Shown here: piece after piece, positions 24,797-38,215 of the stretch | Layout of the letters: every line of letters starts with the position of its first letter | Numbering within the stretch: the stretch's first letter is position 1 | NCBI GenBank assembly: GCA_951406725.2 | Contig: OX597821.1 | Location: forward strand, 104,036,001 to 104,100,000 | Origin: Octopus vulgaris | Lineage: Eukaryota | Length of the DNA: 64,000 bases | Direction: 5' to 3' | The notes under the pieces: generated by a model | The model's database searches: none | Told to the model about the DNA's origin: nothing | Seen by the model: only the letters and a program-made list of their open reading frames with translations | Position numbers and translations under genes: made by a program

Positions 24797-27091
24797 TGTG
24801 GGCATATTGCGTAGTGGTTACACTTTTTTCCTTCACCACCTCAGCATAATTCTTCACCTCCATTGTTTCGTCTGTTCTCTTCAGACTTTGAACCAGCTCC
24901 ACCTCACACAACGTAAAGTCTGAAGAAGAACTCAAACCTTCGTATTCCATTACGAGGACACAAACCTACGACGCTTCCCCATCAAACAAGAAGGAAGACG
25001 TCAAACAACGCCGCTGCAAAACAACAAAACACACATGTTCAATACAAAGACAGCAGCTCAACAGACAAAACTCTACGAACCAATTTCTATTTGCCCAGTG
25101 TAATCTATAGCAAAACAAATGAGCCATTTTATATCTTAATTTGTATTGTTATCCACAAGATCTTCATTTTCTGATAGCAACCTCATTTCTCTTAGGGATA
25201 CATTATCGTCTTTTGGGTATCATGCGTAGATTAGGAGACACCGCTTCTCTGATATTCCTTAACATGGATATTTATCTATTCAATAATAACGACTCGTCAC
25301 TATATCGGTTGGGTAATCTTACAATATAGTGGTTTTTGTCATTCTCATGTTAATATCACTTCTCTGTTGATGTTTTATGTGTTTGGAATAATTCCAAATA
25401 CTTGAATACTGCACTATATCATGCTTTTCTATACATTCTTTCTTGGCTAAGACTGGTGTATTAGAGACAATGTTGTCAAGTGTTTATTTCTAACCGCTAC
25501 TTATTCTGCAGTTTTAACCTATGTATGCACTATATTTACATGTTTTCGGAAGTTTACGAAAGGAAGGCTTCACGTAAAAACAAATATTCATTGAATACCA
25601 CCTTTAAGTCTTTCGATTCACAGCTAGTCTTACTATTTGTGTTTTTCCTATATGCCTCCATGTTTTTGTTTCGGCTAATAGGCATGAAAAGGCTTCTCAT
25701 TTTACAGTTTCTGCATGATATAGTTTGGTACTATTTTTAGGTTATTTGTTTAATTTCTTTTGTTTTTTGTGTCTCTTATTGCTTCATTCTCCACAAAACT
25801 GCTTCTCTGTTCAGCGTCTGTTTTGTATCTGTCAACTTCCTTACAGAAAGAAAACGACAGTTTATGATTTGCTCGTGTTACTCATCTATTTATCTTAGTT
25901 TACCATTTTTTTCTTTACGAACTATTTTGGTAGTCTGCCGTTCTTTACTAAACATTTTTGCTGTTCTTTTTATCTCTACGTATCTTACATAATATTTGGT
26001 GACACATTTGATGCGCAATAATCATTTCTCATGCTTTAAAAAATCTATATAGCATATAAGTGAGAATATACCAATAACCTATTACTAAAACCACAAAATT
26101 CCTGCCTTGTTTTATTTCTCATTTAGGTATGTTTCAAGTATAAGTCTAATGCGTATATAATCATATTTCCAAACCATTTCTTTCGTTTTTTTTTTTTTTG
26201 GTGCTGTACTCTCTTTTATTGATTCCAAAGCATTTGTAATCCTGTATTTGTCCTAATTATTTTCTCTTTCTTTTATCTAGCACCGTATTAGTGTTGTTTT
26301 TCTAATTTTCTTATCTTTATGGTTACTTAGCGCACTTCCTAATACGCATTTTATACCAATTTCTCTTCTAACACCATATATTATCTCTTGCAGTGTTTTT
26401 ATTTTTATTTGATTGTTTTTAGTTTTAATCATTTGCAATATATATTTACGAACGATTGTTCTTTGTCATCACGTAACATTTCTATCAGAGTTCATCCTGG
26501 TTTAATATGTCGGTTAATGGTATTATCACTAGGCAGGAAATAGGATAAAAGAGAGATGAATTTATTTACAATAGCATTGTTCTAATGCATATCGGTTTAG
26601 TTTTTATATTTTCCTCTATCCGAAGAATTGTTTAAACATGCATTATTTGATAACTCCAGTTAATTTTAGCGCTATTAGTGTATTATATCTATGTAAATAT
26701 ATTTAATTTGCAGTTAGGTATTTAAATATAGTAAATCTTCATTGATTACACGTTTAACTGTATTTTCATCCTTACTAAAATGTAAACGAAGCAATAGGTT
26801 TCTAAATTTTCAGAGAAGGAAATCAACGACGTGTTTCGAGTGTAAAAAAAAAAACAAGCAATATATTTATACACAGAATATCACGTCTCATATATATATA
26901 TATATACATACACATATACGGTTTTAGAGTCAACTTTTGGCTGCTATATTTGGCATGGTAGTATCTCTTAGATACCCTTACTTATACTTTTAATAGTAGT
27001 TATTACCTTTGAGGTTTTTATTCCCATGCTGGCCACCTGATAAGATCGGTATTGTAAATAACGATCTTATCCTTATTCATATAAATTTGTA

Positions 27092-27133
<42 letters not shown>

Positions 27134-27151
27134 CCTATCTATCTATCTATC

Positions 27152-27183
<32 letters not shown>

Positions 27184-27216
27184 AATATATATATATATAT
27201 ATACATACAAACACAT

Positions 27217-27273
<57 letters not shown>

Positions 27274-28985
27274 CATATATACATATGCATGTATGAATAT
27301 ATATGCTTCTATATATTACGTATATATATGTGAGCGTGCATGCGTGAGTAATAGTACATGTCGTGTGGGTACGTGCGTGTGAGTATGGACTATATATACA
27401 CATATATGCACCTATATAAACTGATTATTTGCAAACATAGTGGTAATATTGTATGAAAAATATATTTCGTTTGCATTTGCAGTATATCATTATGTTATGC
27501 TTTCTTGTTATAAATAAATGTTACCTTCTCTTAATAGACTGAAAAAAAAATGAGATATCTACAACTTCATATTTCAGGAAGTGAAACACTGAACATTTTA
27601 AATGCAAATATCATATGTTTATAAATTTCAAATATACACCAAACATATATTTCTAAGAAAATATGAAAAGGCAGGTGTAATTTACCGAACACTAATAAGC
27701 ATTTTATTTAAAAGTCATTTTCAAAGAAAAATTACAAAAGTGTTTATGTGTTAGGTTCAGTTAATACAAATTTGCATACCTGTAAAACATTAACTGAATT
27801 AGCAAAGAGTAAGTATGGACAGAATGAAATAAACTAAATAGCTAGCTAACTAACTAATAAGTAATTAAGAAAAATATATAAACTAATTAACCAATTAACT
27901 AAGTAATGACAAAAGCATACTAAATGATTAAGCAGAGGTGTTAACAAATATCACACGCAACGCAATTACGTTCACAGCTACACAGGTAATTTTAAGTATC
28001 TAATTATGTTCAGAAAAATACCTGCTTCACCGTATGTTTTCACACACACACGCACACAGCACACAGACACACAGGCACACAGACACACAGGCACGCACGC
28101 AAACACATACACTCACACACACATACACACGTACATACGTATATCTAGTTAATTTCAGGTATGTAATTACTGTGCGTATGCAATTAGGCAGGCAAGTTTT
28201 TGGTAGGCAATTATGTTGGCTTTCATTAATACAACTTATTTGGCACTTATTCGTTCCAGTGTAGATATACTCGTATTTACTTATTTTCAAATCTCTCTAA
28301 TTATTAAATTTTTTCGAAAATCGGAAATTTAGAAGGTGCCAAAAAATAAAAAAAAAAACTTTTATATAACAAAGAAAAATATTATAATCAAGCTCTGATA
28401 AGTATTAGGGTTTTAAAATTTCGATATACATAATTTTATAAATGTGTTTCGTTCACATTAGAAGTGTTTAAATACAAATTGTTCACGCTTGTAATTTCGT
28501 TGGCATCCTTAATATAATGAAACTGAAACAATGTATTATTAATTTCCAGAATCTAAACCAACGAATACTTACTTGTAAATACAAAATATTTATTTACACA
28601 CTTTATACCCCTCCCGCCCCCACAAAAAATATATATTCACATGCAAATAAATAGTAAAATAAGAATTTATGGTTTGAAACATCGAACAATATTTCGTTTC
28701 TGGTTTACAAAATAAATTTATTAAACTGTTAAATTTTTAACTTTAAATCAAGAAATAGTATTGATAAACGTTTCACCTGGTGCGCGCAACATGAAAGAAA
28801 ACATTTTAGTTATTTTTAAAACGCTTCAAACGTAAAGATTCACGATGTGCGATTTAGAAGATCGTTTCATAATCACTTTGTTTTGGGTTCAGGACCAGTA
28901 CGGCATACATCGTGCAAGCGTTGTTCACCTGTCGATTAATGACGTATAGGTGAATTTGGTGAACGTAATATGTGCAGAATCCCGT

Positions 28986-29040
<55 letters not shown>

Positions 29041-29597
29041 ACTGGTGATACACTATGCACAGATTTTCAAAATCCAATGATACTCTACACGCCTATTTGG
29101 CTGTGAAATTTTACAAATACACTTTCTCAGGAAAATATGATATACCTATTATTATGGATAATACTACATGTACTTTTCCTGTGTTTCATAGTGTGATGTA
29201 ACTCTTTGGAATAACAATGCATGCGGCTGAAGAGATTTTTTTAACCGTCTTTTATAGCTATTATACACTGATGTAAGAATCGGTCGTTTATAAAGCTTGA
29301 AACATGTGTACCGCGACATCCTTGTGTTCCGGTTTTGATTTCATTTGATATATACCCTCTCACCTCTGCCACTAGCTGGCGTATACAGGTTCTTACACTT
29401 ATCAAGTAGTCACCCTAAATTTACCATATATTATATTTATATATATAGTTGAGGCTTTTTTCCGTTAAGAACTTATTAGAGCTCTTTCACCCTTAGAATT
29501 CCCAAATAGCTGGTACTATACTAATGGTATGCTATCAGTTCCTGTCTTAGTGTGTGAAAATAAATAGTAAAGAATAAAAGAGTCAAAAGGAAGAATA

Positions 29598-30140
29598 AGT
29601 ACGGTTAGGTAGCTTTTTAATGATCGCTACAAACGTCTCGATACATATAGATCTACGTATATGTACAGAATTTAAATTTAATTTCAATTAAAATCAAATT
29701 AAATTACGTAATGATTTACCTGTATAAGACGATCCGCACGCATCTCCTCGGACGATATTTAATCGCTATCTCAACAAGTAAATTTTGATTTCAATGCTAT
29801 TACATCCATGGCATATTTGAAATTAACAAACGCTGACGGTTTCAAGCCGCTCGCTCTGAGTGTGTTATTACACGTTCGACATGAGCGGCAATGTGCACGT
29901 TGTCTGGTTATTTAGTTTTGACATGCTATTCTGCACATGCCAAATTGTATTATTACGCTAAATGCACTCATCCATTAGCTCATACGTATAGAATCACTTA
30001 CGCACCGATATACCATACATCTTTGAGTGTTTCCATACATACACGCATACACACACATACACTCAAATCCTGTATATATACGTATATCTATATGTATCGA
30101 AACATTTGTAATGATCATTAAAAAGCTGCCTAACCGTACT
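29598..30140. repeat. Inverted repeat pair, ~76-bp arms (29598-29673 and 30065-30140), PLE-like
   Basis: agtacggttaggtagctttttaatgatcgctacaaacg... is complementary to ...catttgtaatgatcattaaaaagctgcctaaccgtact; the arm contains a GAAAC-attt-GTA half-HHR. Confidence 0.75.
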
Positions 30141-30208
30141 CACTCTCTCTCTATATATATACATATATATACATATATATATATATAAATATATATATAT
30201 ATACATAC

Positions 30209-30283
<75 letters not shown>

Positions 30284-30284
<1 letters not shown>

Positions 30285-31975
30285 TAGCATTATTACCTGT
30301 CCTTGCCGGGTCATAGTGCTAGTGCATGTATATATGTGTATATATATGTGTACATATTACATGTACATCTATCTATATACATCTACACATAAAATACAAA
30401 ATACAAAATTATATCTTGATATCGCTAGTGATATCAATACTCAAAATATATAACAGACTGGAATTGTAGGCCCGTCTCTTGCAATTTTGATCAATTGTTT
30501 CTTGTCCTCCCTCTTGTATAGAAGTGTGGCTACAATCCAGCCTACCTCTACTTCTAGGGGGACATTTTAAATGTTTATCCGGGACGTTCTACGTCCCAGA
30601 TATAAAGGTAGAAGTAAAATATTTCCACTTTGTAAGGTTTGAGTCGAGCACCCCCTTGACTCAAACCTTGCTTCTATTGTGGCGAATTTACCGCCTCTGG
30701 TTAGATATCTTTCATAGTCGCACCAAGACACTTTTCGATGGTGCTTTCCTCCAGGTGTTCAAATCTTTTTTCTCTCTACATTGTATACTTTATAGACAAT
30801 AGTCTTTTCTTTAATTTTTTATTTTATTTCGTTTGTTGGTGTTATCCTAGATTCACCATCTTTGTCGGTTATCAATCCAAAATAGGTTTGTATTTCTTCC
30901 ATTTTAATTTTAATGAGTTCGCGCCCGCCGACGGCTGCAGCGAAATTCCTTTTTGAACTTTCTTCTATCGAAGGCATTCTAACAAAAATGCTTCCGTATA
31001 AACGGTGAAATTATTATCAATTTCCCCAAACAGGGACACAATTCAATTTTTAAACAATAACCAAAGCTCCTTCTCCCAAAGGGGGTGGGTTACAGTTTAC
31101 AATTATTTAACAAATGCAATACAACAACGTTTCCCTTACGAGGACCCAACAAATGTGATAACAATAGTTAAACAGTAATAATAATAACAACAACCCTTGC
31201 GGTGAATCAAAAAGCAGTACGCAGTTGAAGCTCTAGTCCTTTATGTACAAGAAATAAACCAACAGCAGTACTCAGTAGAAGTGGCTGTTCGAGAAAACAA
31301 ACATTACATACAGCCAAACTTCATATAGATACTTAATGCTAGCTAATTAGCAGATAATCTAATGTAAAAGCCGTGGTAAACGGTATGTGCACAGCTCCAT
31401 TTGGACTATTCCATTTCTGCACGCTAATCTTATTTTTAATTTATTCCCATTCATGTGAAACCACTTATTCAAGTTCAAGTCATTGCTATTTTTACTTTTG
31501 TTATGTTACGATTATATTATACTTTAGTTTGATTTTAATTATTACTTACTACATATAAGTCACTTGTTATTATTATCTCTAATTTTTATTGTTAAAGTGA
31601 AAGTATCTGACATAAAATAGAGGAATGCTTTTGTTTCACATTTAACACGTAGCTATGGGCTCGCCCTAGGCAAGCAGTTGAACATTGTGTTTTTGCCCAT
31701 CAAACTACATGGACCCTAAGTAAGGCATGTATAAAATTTGAATGAAATTGGTTGTGTAGTTTTCAAGTTTTAGGGAATCGTAATGGAGAAGATATGATAT
31801 TTATGTGGGCTCGCCCTAGGCAAAAAGTTAAATTTTTTGGCCGATGACACTCCCCGGACCCTAAGTAAGGCATGTGTAAAATTTGAATGAAATTGGTTGT
31901 GTAGTTCTCAAGTTTTAGGGAAACACACAGACAGACAGACACACACAGATTTTCAGTTTTATATATATAGAGAGA
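30284..31975 (-). mobile_element. Non-autonomous Helitron
   Basis: Minus strand 5' TC...(TGTC)n; 3' hairpin (30295-30311) followed by CTAG; A|T insertion in (TA)n; internal subrepeats shared with 35075-35660. Confidence 0.75.
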
Positions 31976-32244
31976 TATATGTATTGAAACACTCCTGTCA
32001 CAACCTGGGACCTTGAAGACTGCTTTAATGCAAGAAAGTATACTAGCCCCTTAATATTTAATATTCAATAGTTCATATATTCAATAACACAATACTTCAT
32101 TACATTTTACTATATATACTACTTATACTATATATTCTATATTCTACATTAATATTATAAAGAATATAAATAAAACAAAAAAACAGTGTTGGAATTCCTT
32201 TGCATAATATATATCCATCTATACACTATCATACAAACGCCTTT

Positions 32245-32333
<89 letters not shown>

Positions 32334-32334
<1 letters not shown>

Positions 32335-33912
32335 TAGCAGAGATACCCGGCGCTGCCCGTGTTACATACAAATGAAGAATTAGACTTTTCTGTTATATTT
32401 TTTCTAATGAACTGGAATATCTATGTTTCGAATTTCATCAAAATTGCAGATGAAGGTTATTTTCCTCTTTACAGACCCCCCAAAAAATGTAATCGTTCCA
32501 CATATATCCCATATTTTTTATGCCCATATTCCAAAGTTCCAGTTTTATTGAACCTGTTAAAAATAATTTGCTCCTGAAAAATGAAGGTCATAGAGCTCTA
32601 AAAAGTGAGAGTGAAGGCTCCTATTGGAGGTGGGCATCTTAATATTAACCACAGAAGTTGAATTGTTGAGTATCTATTTTACTTGGGTCTTATATCTGTT
32701 GTTTGAATTTCTTTGAAATAGGAAATATATGTTCACTGGGTTTGTAAAAGAGAGCAAAGCTACAGGAAACCAAAAGACGAGTGATCACAATAAGCAGTCA
32801 GCTACAGTACCCTAAACCTTATGACTCCCAATGTAGTAAGATGTACCCTAAACCTTATGACTCCCAATGTAGTAAGATGTATTACGAAACTATAGCAATT
32901 GGAAGGGCGTGACCCAACTGAAATAAACATTAACAACTGTCTGACGTGAGGGCTAAGGAGAAATGAAAGTTGGAGTTTGCAAATGACCACTGTACTGATA
33001 TGTAACTGGACAGAATAATTTTACAATCTATAAATGTCTTTGAATAACCAGTCACTCATCTGGGAAGTAGATCTGCAATCAAATAACTTTACTCAACACT
33101 TTGCAACTGAATCAGTGGAGGCAAAGATGCCTCCCATTTACTTGACAATTTATGCAGCACATTGCAGAAATCACAATGTAAGTGTATGTCAAAGCAAACT
33201 GTTACATTGTTGTACCATTGAATTAGAAATAATGCTCAACTTTTATGCTCGGGTAACCCTACAGCTTCCAAGAGCACAACTGTATTCGTTTTTGCTTTGA
33301 TAAAATGACAAAATTGTGGGTGTTAAGTCCCCATGGAGGGGTCTTTATAACTTGTAATAAGATGAAATTTTATAAATATTGCTTTATTTGTATCTAATAT
33401 CTATGGTTAAAATTTCATCAACAGCAAAAATATATGCATTGTCATATATAAGGTTGTGGCCCTTATGCATCGAATATAATTTCCAAATTTCGTAAAGGTC
33501 CATTCAGTACTTTTGATTTAGTTTTGGATCATAAAAGAAATTACTAAAATTTGGGAGTTAAGGCCCCCATTTGGGTGTCTTAGAATCCTCATGTGAAGTG
33601 GAAACTTTGAGAATACTTCTTGATGTGTGTCAATAACCCATGGTTGAAATTTCCTCAACATCGAAAATTTAAGCCATCTGAAATTCAAACCAAACATATT
33701 GCATTATGCCCGTCCTTATTCATTGAATCTAAGTTTCAAATATCATAGGGATCCATTCAATAATTTTGGTCCATGACGTATGAAACACACAGATTTACCC
33801 TTCTCCCTAGGCTTGGATTTTGTTACAAATTTCATTATGATCGGTGCAGCAATTTTCGAATGTATAAGTAATACACGAACACATAAAGACATTGTCTTTG
33901 ATATAATAAATA
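32334..33912 (-). mobile_element. Second non-autonomous Helitron family
   Basis: Plus strand a|ctagcagagatacccggcgctgcccgtgt (CTAG end and hairpin); repeated aaatttcatca motifs; far end aaatttcattatgatcggtgcag; left boundary firm, right boundary approximate. Confidence 0.65.
32807..32878 (+). repeat. 36-bp perfect tandem duplication
   Basis: gtaccctaaaccttatgactcccaatgtagtaagat x2. Confidence 0.9.
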
Positions 33913-33940
33913 TTAATGTACACATATACATACATGTATA

Positions 33941-33982
<42 letters not shown>

Positions 33983-34058
33983 TACGTGCGTGAGTGCGTA
34001 TTATATGTATATATATATATGTATATAAATATATATATATATATACACACACACATGC

Positions 34059-34329
34059 AAAGATAAATTGATTGATACTACTGAGTGGGCAAACAAAAAT
34101 ATGAGACACAGCGTAGTGGTTTTTTCATGTTGATTGGCCTGGTACTTATTCTATTAGTTTCTTCTTTTTGAAACCAGTAAGTTATGGGGATGTAAATAAA
34201 CGAAGAGCAGTTGTGAAGCAGTGATGAGGGTGAAACACAGAAACAAAGTCACACACGTACACTTAAATATATACTTACATATATATACGATTGATTTCTT
34301 TAAGTTTCTGTCTACGAAATCTATCTATC

Positions 34330-34376
<47 letters not shown>

Positions 34377-34808
34377 TTGTGTGAGTGTGTGTGTGTGTAT
34401 GTGTGTGTGTGTGTGTGTGTACACACACAAAGATAAATTGTGCGGCCAAACAAAAATATGAGATACAGGCTAGCGTTTTTTTTAAAAATTTTGATAAGCC
34501 TGGTACTTATTCTATCAGTTTCTTCTTGTGAAACCAGTAAGTTATGGGGATGTAAATAAACGAACACCAGTTGTGAGGCAGTGATTTGGGAGAAACACAA
34601 AGACACACACACAGACTTACATATATACATACTTATATATACGATACGATTGATTTCTTCCAGTTTCTGTCTACAAAATCCACTGACAAGGCTTTGGTTG
34701 GTCTGAGGCTATAGCACAAGACACGTGCCAAGTCACTACACAGTGGGACTGAACTGAGGACCATATGTTTGGGAACGAAGTTTGTTACCACACAGCTACA
34801 CCTGCACC
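34059..34808 (-). mobile_element. Two tandem degenerate SINE B copies (local duplication)
   Basis: 34059-34322 and 34430-34682 share private flank aagataaattg...caaacaaaaatatgaga. Confidence 0.75.
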
Positions 34809-34856
34809 TGTGTGTGTGTATAGGTGTATATTTGTATGCATGTATATATGATAATA

Positions 34857-34891
<35 letters not shown>

Positions 34892-35074
34892 CCACACACC
34901 TATTCATATGCATGTATACATATACATCTTTATGTATAGAAATAAATGTATACATATAAAGCTATACACACATACACAGCTATACACACAGACATACACA
35001 CACACAGATACATAGGTGCATGTGTGGGTGTGTGGTAACAAACTTCGTTCCAAAACACATGGTTCTGGGTTTAA

Positions 35075-35660
35075 ATTTAAATTTAAAATAATAAGGGTGA
35101 GAAATTGAATATTAATTTGATTGATATGAATTGAAAACCAGTGGTGTAGCATACAAGAACATAGCGGATCTTCTTTTAGCAAAATGGATGTCCACTGTTA
35201 ATGGTTCATCCCTCTTATATAATAGTTTGACTTTAATAGTTTCAGTATTAAAGTGAAAGTATCTGACATTACAATAGAGAGATGTTTTTGTTTTACTTTT
35301 AACACGTAATACTGAAATAGTGGAGAAGATATGATATTGTTGTAGGCTCGTCCTAGGCAAGACGTTAGAATTTTTTTTTTGCCCATGGCACGACATGGAC
35401 CCTAAGTAAGGCATGTGTAAAATTTGAATGAAATTGGTTGTGTTGTTCTCAAGTTTTAGGGATTCATAGTGGAGAAGTGCTGTGGGCTCGCCCTAGGCAA
35501 AAAGTTAAAAATTAATTTTCCCATGACACTCACCGGACCCTTATTAAGGCATGTGTAAAATTTGAATGAAATTGGTTGTGTAGTTCTCAAGTTTTAGGGA
35601 AACACACAGACAGACAGACAGACAGACAGACACACATTCTCAGTTTCATATATAAGTAGA
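35075..35660 (-). mobile_element. 5' portion of the Helitron family at 30284-31975
   Basis: Shares ttaaagtgaaagtatctgacat, ggaccctaagtaaggcatgtgtaaaatttgaatgaaattggttg and the (GACA)n end. Confidence 0.85.
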
Positions 35661-35886
35661 AAGAATAGCCATAACTCTTTGACTGCTATTTCTAAATTCG
35701 GTGTGTGGTGAGGCAAATTGTTGCTAAACCCTTAATTACATAGTATATATATATACATACAATGCTTGTGTGTGTGTGTGTATGTGTGTGCGTATGTGCG
35801 TGTGCATTTGTGTGTGTATGATTTTGTGTTGAGAAGCCAGCATATGAAGAGTATCATTACATGTGGTCAATAGCAAGAGCCTAAAT

Positions 35887-37270
35887 CCAGTTGTAGCTGT
35901 CGCGACCCGGGACCATGTCTACTTGATTGCTAACGGCATAGATGAGAAGACTGCATATGAGGAATAACTACTGTAGGACTGCTTTGTTGACGAGATTATT
36001 TGTTTTTGCTTCAGAAGTATAGATGAATAAGTTGTCTGGATGGCGAACTCTAGAACAAACGACGTAGATCTGTCCATGTGAAAAGTACGATGTTTGATGC
36101 TCCAATCCGACAACTTTCAGCGACAAAACTTGTGCTTTGATAATTGTCATGGCGAAGCTGAGTTTCAGAGGGAACCAAAGCCTCTGCATATGCTAGGGGA
36201 AGTCTGTTGGGGTTAGCAGAATTTTCGGAATAAAGATGGTATCGTTTTTGCTGTGTCCCATGAAAGGTTGGGATTCAATGACGTGGTCCATCATTTGTTT
36301 GACCACAAGGCGAGTTCCGTTGCATAGTATGGGTGCGTTTAGATTGCGTAGGGGGATGACAGGGCAACCGAATTTTAAGTGAATTTCATGGGGTGAGAGT
36401 CCTGGATAATCTTGTGAGTTGAGAGATTTTGTTGGAATATGTTTAACCTGATCGAGATATGTAACGGTGTCAACTGATCTGTAACAACGTCTAGAGAAGG
36501 TAGCTGAGTAAGTCGTGGTTAAGAGTGATCACAGCTGCTTTTGTAGGTGCAAGAACAACCCTGTCGGGAAGCCGCTCTTGTTTAATGTATTCCGTTGTAA
36601 TATTTAGGCAAACGGCAGAAGATAAGGAACCAGGACTGGATTCAGTTTGGTCAATACTGGTAGTTTCAATGCCTCCGGTGTCATCGGATGAAATTTTCCA
36701 TTGTCGATTTTAAGGAGCATTTCCGAAAACTGGGTTTTAGGTGACCAGTGTGTCGGAGTGATCTCATGTTGCTGGTGAGTTGTTTCGATCGGACATGCGA
36801 CCAAAGGAGGGAATTCTTTAAAGGCAGACATTAAGCTTATCACCAGGTGTTCCTTTGGGTATAATAGGCAGAGTTTGTCGAAAATCCCCTGCAGGAAATA
36901 GGGTCGCACCTCCAAGGATGTTGCCGTTTCATCTAAGGTCTTACATTGTGGTATGAGGTTCTTGTAGGGATCATTTATGAGTCATAGTTGCTTCATCCCA
37001 AACAATGAGTTTTCACTTATTCAAAGTTGTCGCTTCGTCCGAGGAATGCATTATGCAGTAGTTTGGGTTTTTTTGGTGTGCTACATTGAAAGCCAATTTG
37101 AAGGTAGAGGGTGCTGTTCGTCCGCCGTCGAGAAGAGTCAAGGCTCTTCCTGGGAATGCAATAGCAATAACAAGGTTACCTTTATGTCACAACTCCGCAA
37201 GAAGAAGATTCACGAAGAATGTTTTTCCAGTTCCACTGGGTGCCTCTAGGGAGATGATACCGCCAGTGAG
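35887..37270 (-). pseudogene. Helitron Rep/Hel PIF1-family helicase pseudogene with probable 3' terminus
   Basis: Walker A APSGTGKTF, GGRTAPSTFKL, GDFRQTLPIIPKG, FPLKLSFAMTIIKAQ...FSHGQIYVVCSRV; many frameshifts. Confidence 0.9.
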
Positions 37271-37574
37271 TGAACTTAGTGCGAGTGAAAGTGATTCAGA
37301 AAACGATTATATTAACAATATTTTTTATTATATAAGATCTTGACATTTTTAACTTTACCTATAATATTCTTTATGTTCTACCGTTATTGTATTGCCATGT
37401 TTCTACGAGTATTTTAAATTTCATTGGTAAAATATATTACTTGGAACGAATCACGAGTGATAACATAGCTATTATGGGAAATTATTGCTCTTCTTTGCGA
37501 ATTATCGCTTCACGAGTCGTCTCCGGGAACACATAAACTCGTGTATCGAGGCATTACTGTATATATATATATAT

Positions 37575-37983
37575 ACTCTTTTACTCTTTTACTTGTTTCA
37601 GTCATTTTGACTGCGGCCATGCTGGAGCACCGCCTTTTAGTCGAGCAACTCGACCCCGGGACTCATTCTTTTTGTAAGCCCAGTACTTATTCTATCGGTC
37701 TCTTTTTGCCGAACCACTAAGTGACGGGGACGTAAACACACCAGCATCGGTTGTCAAGCAATGCTAGGGGAACAAACACAGACACACAAACACACATACA
37801 TATATATATATACAGATATAGGACAGGCTTCTTTCAGTTTCCGTCTACCAAATCCACTCACAAGGCATTGGTCGGCCCGGGGCTATAGCAGAAGACACTT
37901 GCCCAAGATGCCACGCAGTGGGACTGAACCCGGAACCATGTGGTGGGTTAGCAAGCTACTTACCACACAGCCACCCCTGCGCC
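37575..37983 (-). mobile_element. Full-length SINE family B
   Basis: Near-identical to 58990-59410. Confidence 0.93.
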
Positions 37984-38018
<35 letters not shown>

Positions 38019-38044
38019 ATGTATACATATATCGTGAAGGTGTA

Positions 38045-38215
38045 TTACTTATTGGTTAGGGTATTCCAATATTGAACTTGAGGTCGTGAGTTTGATTCCT
38101 GGCGGCACGTAGTGTACTTGAGCGAATACATTATTTCACATTAATTTCAGGAGCAGGCTATTCCCTTGTTCGGGTGTATTAGAATCCTCGTCGTCGTAAC
38201 CGACGGAGTACCAGG
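38045..38215 (+). mobile_element. Internally deleted SINE related to family C
   Basis: tRNA-like head (tggttagggt...gagtttgattcc) and tail cctcgtcgtcgtaaccgacggagt. Confidence 0.55.

Noticed and set aside
25140-26700. Strand-biased T-rich stretch, possibly a decayed retroelement ORF
   Set aside because: No diagnostic motif recoverable by eye
29262-29312. HHR-like CTGATGT...GAAACATGTG
   Set aside because: A9 is mutated and no convincing cleavage triplet with a matching stem I; too weak
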